Below are positions 24,670 to 27,656 of a DNA stretch of 27,656 bases, in pieces (within the stretch, counting starts at the first letter, position 1; the number at the start of each line of letters is the position of its first letter). Origin of the DNA: a virus (Duplodnaviria > Caudoviricetes); the IMG/VR virus record IMGVR_UViG_3300020045_001414, positions 1 to 27,656 of that record. The stretch is one strand, 5' to 3'. The notes beneath the pieces were generated by a model, which was not told the origin of the DNA, ran no database searches, and saw only the letters and a program-made list of their open reading frames with translations. A program made the position numbers and the translations under genes.

Positions 24670-26271
24670 TTACACTGTAGCACAGTTCGACCAAACTCTA
24701 TCAATCACGTTAAAAAATTTACCGTTTTTCTTGTGGCTTATCATGGTTGGCGGCTTTCCATGCGTCAGGTCAAAGGCGCATTGATCTAAGTCCTCACTTA
24801 CCGTTACGCCTGCCCGTTTCGCCATGTCTGCAACCGTTTGACGTGCTTTAATTCCTGCGTAGTTGGTATGGTTGACTGCGTGATATTCCACAATCGCAGG
24901 GGTTGACAGTCCGCCATAATACCGGACTTGCAGCATATCTAGGCCACTAGTGCGGCTTGTGTGCTTTTTCCATGCCCAGCTTGTGACTTGCATTTCGGTG
25001 GGTTCGATGCCCATGATGTCCTCTCCTCGCAAATATACCTCTTTTGGTTTTTCCTCTGGTGGTGGGAACTGGTGGCCGCACGCCTCGCATTGTCTGACGC
25101 TTGCATGGCATAGCTCGTCACATTGTTGGCAGGTCTTTGTCGGCGCTATTCCTGAGCCTTTGCCGCCGCGCTTTGGTGGCGTTATTTGAGTTATAGGGCC
25201 GTGGGTGGCTACGTTTCCGGCGAAGTCTAAAACCATGCAATCGGTTTTTCCTTCGTGGATTCTCAAACCACGTCCCGCCATTTGGTAGTAAAGTCCAGGT
25301 GATAGGGTTGGACGCAAGAAAACGATACAGTCGATACATGGCGCATCAAACCCAGTGGTCAAAATCCCCATGTTGGTGACTGCCTGAATTTTACCGGCCT
25401 TAAAGTCTTTCAGAATCTGGTCACGTTCTGCGCTTGGTGTATTGCCAGTCACCGATTCTGCCGTTATTCCATGCTCTCGCAGCATATCGCGCACGTCTTC
25501 GCTGTGCTGGACACCGGCACAAAACACAATCCAGCTTTTGCGATCTTTGGCGCGTTCTATCGTCTCTAAAACAGCCTTCACGTTGTTGTCACTGGTATTC
25601 ATGGCAACCTCTAGCGACCGTCCGATAAACTCACCACCTGACTTCTTAACTCCATCAGTTGATAGCGTCATTGATGTATGCTTACTGCGCAATGGAGCAA
25701 GGTAGCCACTCTCTATCAGCTCAAGAATTGAGACTGGTTCAATTAAGTCTGAAAAGATAACCTCGTCGCCCTCGTGGATCATTCCGTGCCCTAAACGGTA
25801 CGGGCTTGCTGTCAAACCAATAACCCGCATATCAGGATTAACCTCTAGCAAGTCAGCGATTAAACGGCGATAGGTGCCGTTTTCAGTTGGACTGATTGAA
25901 TGGCATTCGTCAACAATTAAAAGGTCAATATGGCCTATCTGACGGCCTCGCTTCGCTACGCTTTGCACGCCTGCGAATACGATAGGCTCTGTCAGGCAAT
26001 ACCGTTTAAGGCTTGCAGAATAGATGCCCATCGGCGCATTAGGCCAGTGCTGGCGCATTTTCTCGGCGTTCTGCGCGATAAGCTCTTTCGAGTGCGTCAA
26101 CATCAATACCCTGGTTCCGGGCCATGATTGGATGGCATCTTTAACCAGTGCGGCAATGATGTGAGACTTTCCTGCGCCTGTTGGAAGGACTAAGCAAGGG
26201 TTCCCAGCGTTACCCGCTGAAAACCATTCGTAGAGCATGTCTATGCTGCGTTGTTGATATTCACGAAGCAT
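24670..26271 (-). CDS. SF2 helicase (RadD/YejH-like) with Zn finger
   Basis: LREYQ, PTGAGKS, DECH, GLTASP, LTTGFD, QMAGRGLR, CQQC..CEAC; start set at MLREYQ. Confidence 0.92.
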   Translation of the reverse strand: MLREYQQRSIDMLYEWFSAGNAGNPCLVLPTGAGKSHIIAALVKDAIQSWPGTRVLMLTHSKELIAQNAEKMRQHWPNAPMGIYSASLKRYCLTEPIVFAGVQSVAKRGRQIGHIDLLIVDECHSISPTENGTYRRLIADLLEVNPDMRVIGLTASPYRLGHGMIHEGDEVIFSDLIEPVSILELIESGYLAPLRSKHTSMTLSTDGVKKSGGEFIGRSLEVAMNTSDNNVKAVLETIERAKDRKSWIVFCAGVQHSEDVRDMLREHGITAESVTGNTPSAERDQILKDFKAGKIQAVTNMGILTTGFDAPCIDCIVFLRPTLSPGLYYQMAGRGLRIHEGKTDCMVLDFAGNVATHGPITQITPPKRGGKGSGIAPTKTCQQCDELCHASVRQCEACGHQFPPPEEKPKEVYLRGEDIMGIEPTEMQVTSWAWKKHTSRTSGLDMLQVRYYGGLSTPAIVEYHAVNHTNYAGIKARQTVADMAKRAGVTVSEDLDQCAFDLTHGKPPTMISHKKNGKFFNVIDRVWSNCATV

Positions 26272-26587
26272 GATTTCTAATCGCCTGTTGCACTGCAATA
26301 ATTATGCGAATCAAATATGATGAATCGCTTTTAAGTTTTCTTAGGTGTGATGAACTAGTCATATTGCATGACAGATATTGTGCATCGCAAGATGTGAAAA
26401 ACTGTTCTATTGTTTTTCCACTCATGGCACCCCAGTAACCCACCCATGATGCGTTATAACATACGATGATTATGCGGCCTTGTCCTGGTGATAGGTTCTC
26501 AGTGATAACTCGGATTTGGTCAAGGTGGTGATCATTCATGATGTCTTCAATGACAATCATGTTTAATGGTTTTGAAGTAATTTTCAT
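26261..26587 (-). CDS. Hypothetical protein
   Basis: GRIII.CY..SW..YWGAM motif; ATGA overlap. Confidence 0.65.
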   Translation of the reverse strand: MKITSKPLNMIVIEDIMNDHHLDQIRVITENLSPGQGRIIIVCYNASWVGYWGAMSGKTIEQFFTSCDAQYLSCNMTSSSHLRKLKSDSSYLIRIIIAVQQAIRNHAS

Positions 26588-27588
26588 CCTACAACCCTCG
26601 CATCAAACTCACTAAACTTCTCACGCACGCCACTAGCGCACGCCTTCCAATTGGCGACAATCTCACGGCTTAAATAGCCTTCGGGTGCATTGTTTATGGG
26701 ACCTTCTTTAGTCAACCAGATAACACCAGCATCGGAGCCTTGCATATCCCAGCCGGGGACCATATCGGGATGCAAAACGTGGTTATCACAGCCAGATAAC
26801 TGAGCATTTAAGTCTGGTATTGTCATTTCCCAATGAGCGCACTCCCATGTTCCATCTTTCATAACGGTGCTAAAGCAACACGTCCTGCAATTTACCTCTT
26901 TGGTTAGTTTCGATCCGTGGCATAGGTCGTTAGCACTGCAAAATTTGCATTCAAACCACGAAGGGTCTTCACTTAGACGTGGTGGCGCACGATCTGAAAA
27001 AATAATCCTTCCTGCTTTTTTTTCATATTTTTCAAATTCAGATTGATCAAAATCAAAAAATTCACAATGAATACTGTCAGAGTCTTTGCATATAAATATA
27101 AACATTGCTCTAGTTAATCCTAGATGACCCATGTAGCCTTGGCCCTGTGCGTAATATGCTGGAATAAGAGTTTTCATTCCAACCTTTAACAGTTGAGCGT
27201 ATTTTTTATGATTGATTGTTTTAACGTCAACTAAATGCACTGTTTTTGGGTCTTCAGGCAATCCAGAAACAACAGCGTCAGCATGACCCCTCATGTGGCC
27301 TCCATGACTTTGAACTGCAAATTGCTTTCCTGTTTTTGAGTCTCTACTATGAACTGTGCATCCAATGGCTTTTAACTCATTTAAAACTCGGTCTTCCTCT
27401 CGGTGCCCTGTATCAAACAGTCTTGCAATTCGTCCTTCTACTCCATCATTGAATGCGGCCCTGAATTTAAGCCAAAGCTCCCTATCACATGGCCTGCCAA
27501 TGCTTGACCATCCAATGTATGGCCTTGGCTTTTCGCTTGAATTTTTTTTCTCGTAATGAGAATATATTGCTTGTGCTGTTGTATTCAT
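26584..27588 (-). CDS. Cas4-like PD-(D/E)XK exonuclease
   Basis: R.YIG.S.IG.PC.R, GH.D, DVKT, YYAQ.Q.YM, CKFC.....C; extra C-terminal Cys cluster. Confidence 0.82.
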   Translation of the reverse strand: MNTTAQAIYSHYEKKNSSEKPRPYIGWSSIGRPCDRELWLKFRAAFNDGVEGRIARLFDTGHREEDRVLNELKAIGCTVHSRDSKTGKQFAVQSHGGHMRGHADAVVSGLPEDPKTVHLVDVKTINHKKYAQLLKVGMKTLIPAYYAQGQGYMGHLGLTRAMFIFICKDSDSIHCEFFDFDQSEFEKYEKKAGRIIFSDRAPPRLSEDPSWFECKFCSANDLCHGSKLTKEVNCRTCCFSTVMKDGTWECAHWEMTIPDLNAQLSGCDNHVLHPDMVPGWDMQGSDAGVIWLTKEGPINNAPEGYLSREIVANWKACASGVREKFSEFDARVVG

Positions 27589-27656
27589 GTTTTTGCAATT
27601 TCAGGAAAAATATTCCACTCTTTTCTGCGTTTTTTAGACAGTTCAACATACCTTTG
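27585..27656 (-). CDS. C-terminal end of an upstream gene (partial)
   Basis: Open frame QRYVELSKKRRKEWNIFPEIAKT* with stop overlapping the nuclease ATG (ATGA). Confidence 0.45.
   Translation of the reverse strand, partial: QRYVELSKKRRKEWNIFPEIAKT

Noticed and set aside
26584-27588. Cas4 as evidence for a CRISPR-Cas system
   Set aside because: No cas1/cas2 or array; standalone Cas4-like nucleases beside helicases are common phage recombination genes

Overview
A 27.6-kb piece of a tailed dsDNA phage genome with a contractile tail (myovirus-type); a proteobacterial host, possibly betaproteobacterial, is inferred only from gene style. The + strand (1-19917) carries neck/head-tail genes, tail terminator, sheath, tube, a frameshifted tail chaperone, a short tape measure, baseplate genes, two beta-helix tailspikes and a holin/M15 endolysin lysis cassette. 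The - strand (19946-27656) carries early/replication genes: many small ORFs, a MazG-like protein, a RuvC-like resolvase, a C5-methyltransferase-like protein, an SF2 helicase and a Cas4-like PD-(D/E)XK nuclease. Two antisense islands interrupt the structural operon. The first is a five-gene cassette (2724-3783) that includes an unannotated 35-aa type IV prepilin-like peptide. The second is a ~720-nt non-coding locus (10023-10740) between the hub and spike genes. On the - strand this locus reads as a promoter-driven, modular structured-RNA array: repeated long stems with conserved CUAUCA...UGAU(G/A)G ends and variable interiors, mutually exclusive alternative stems, and a terminal tRNA-like element ending in CCA. 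This RNA array is the best candidate for an undescribed system. All family assignments are by motif recognition and synteny, not database search.
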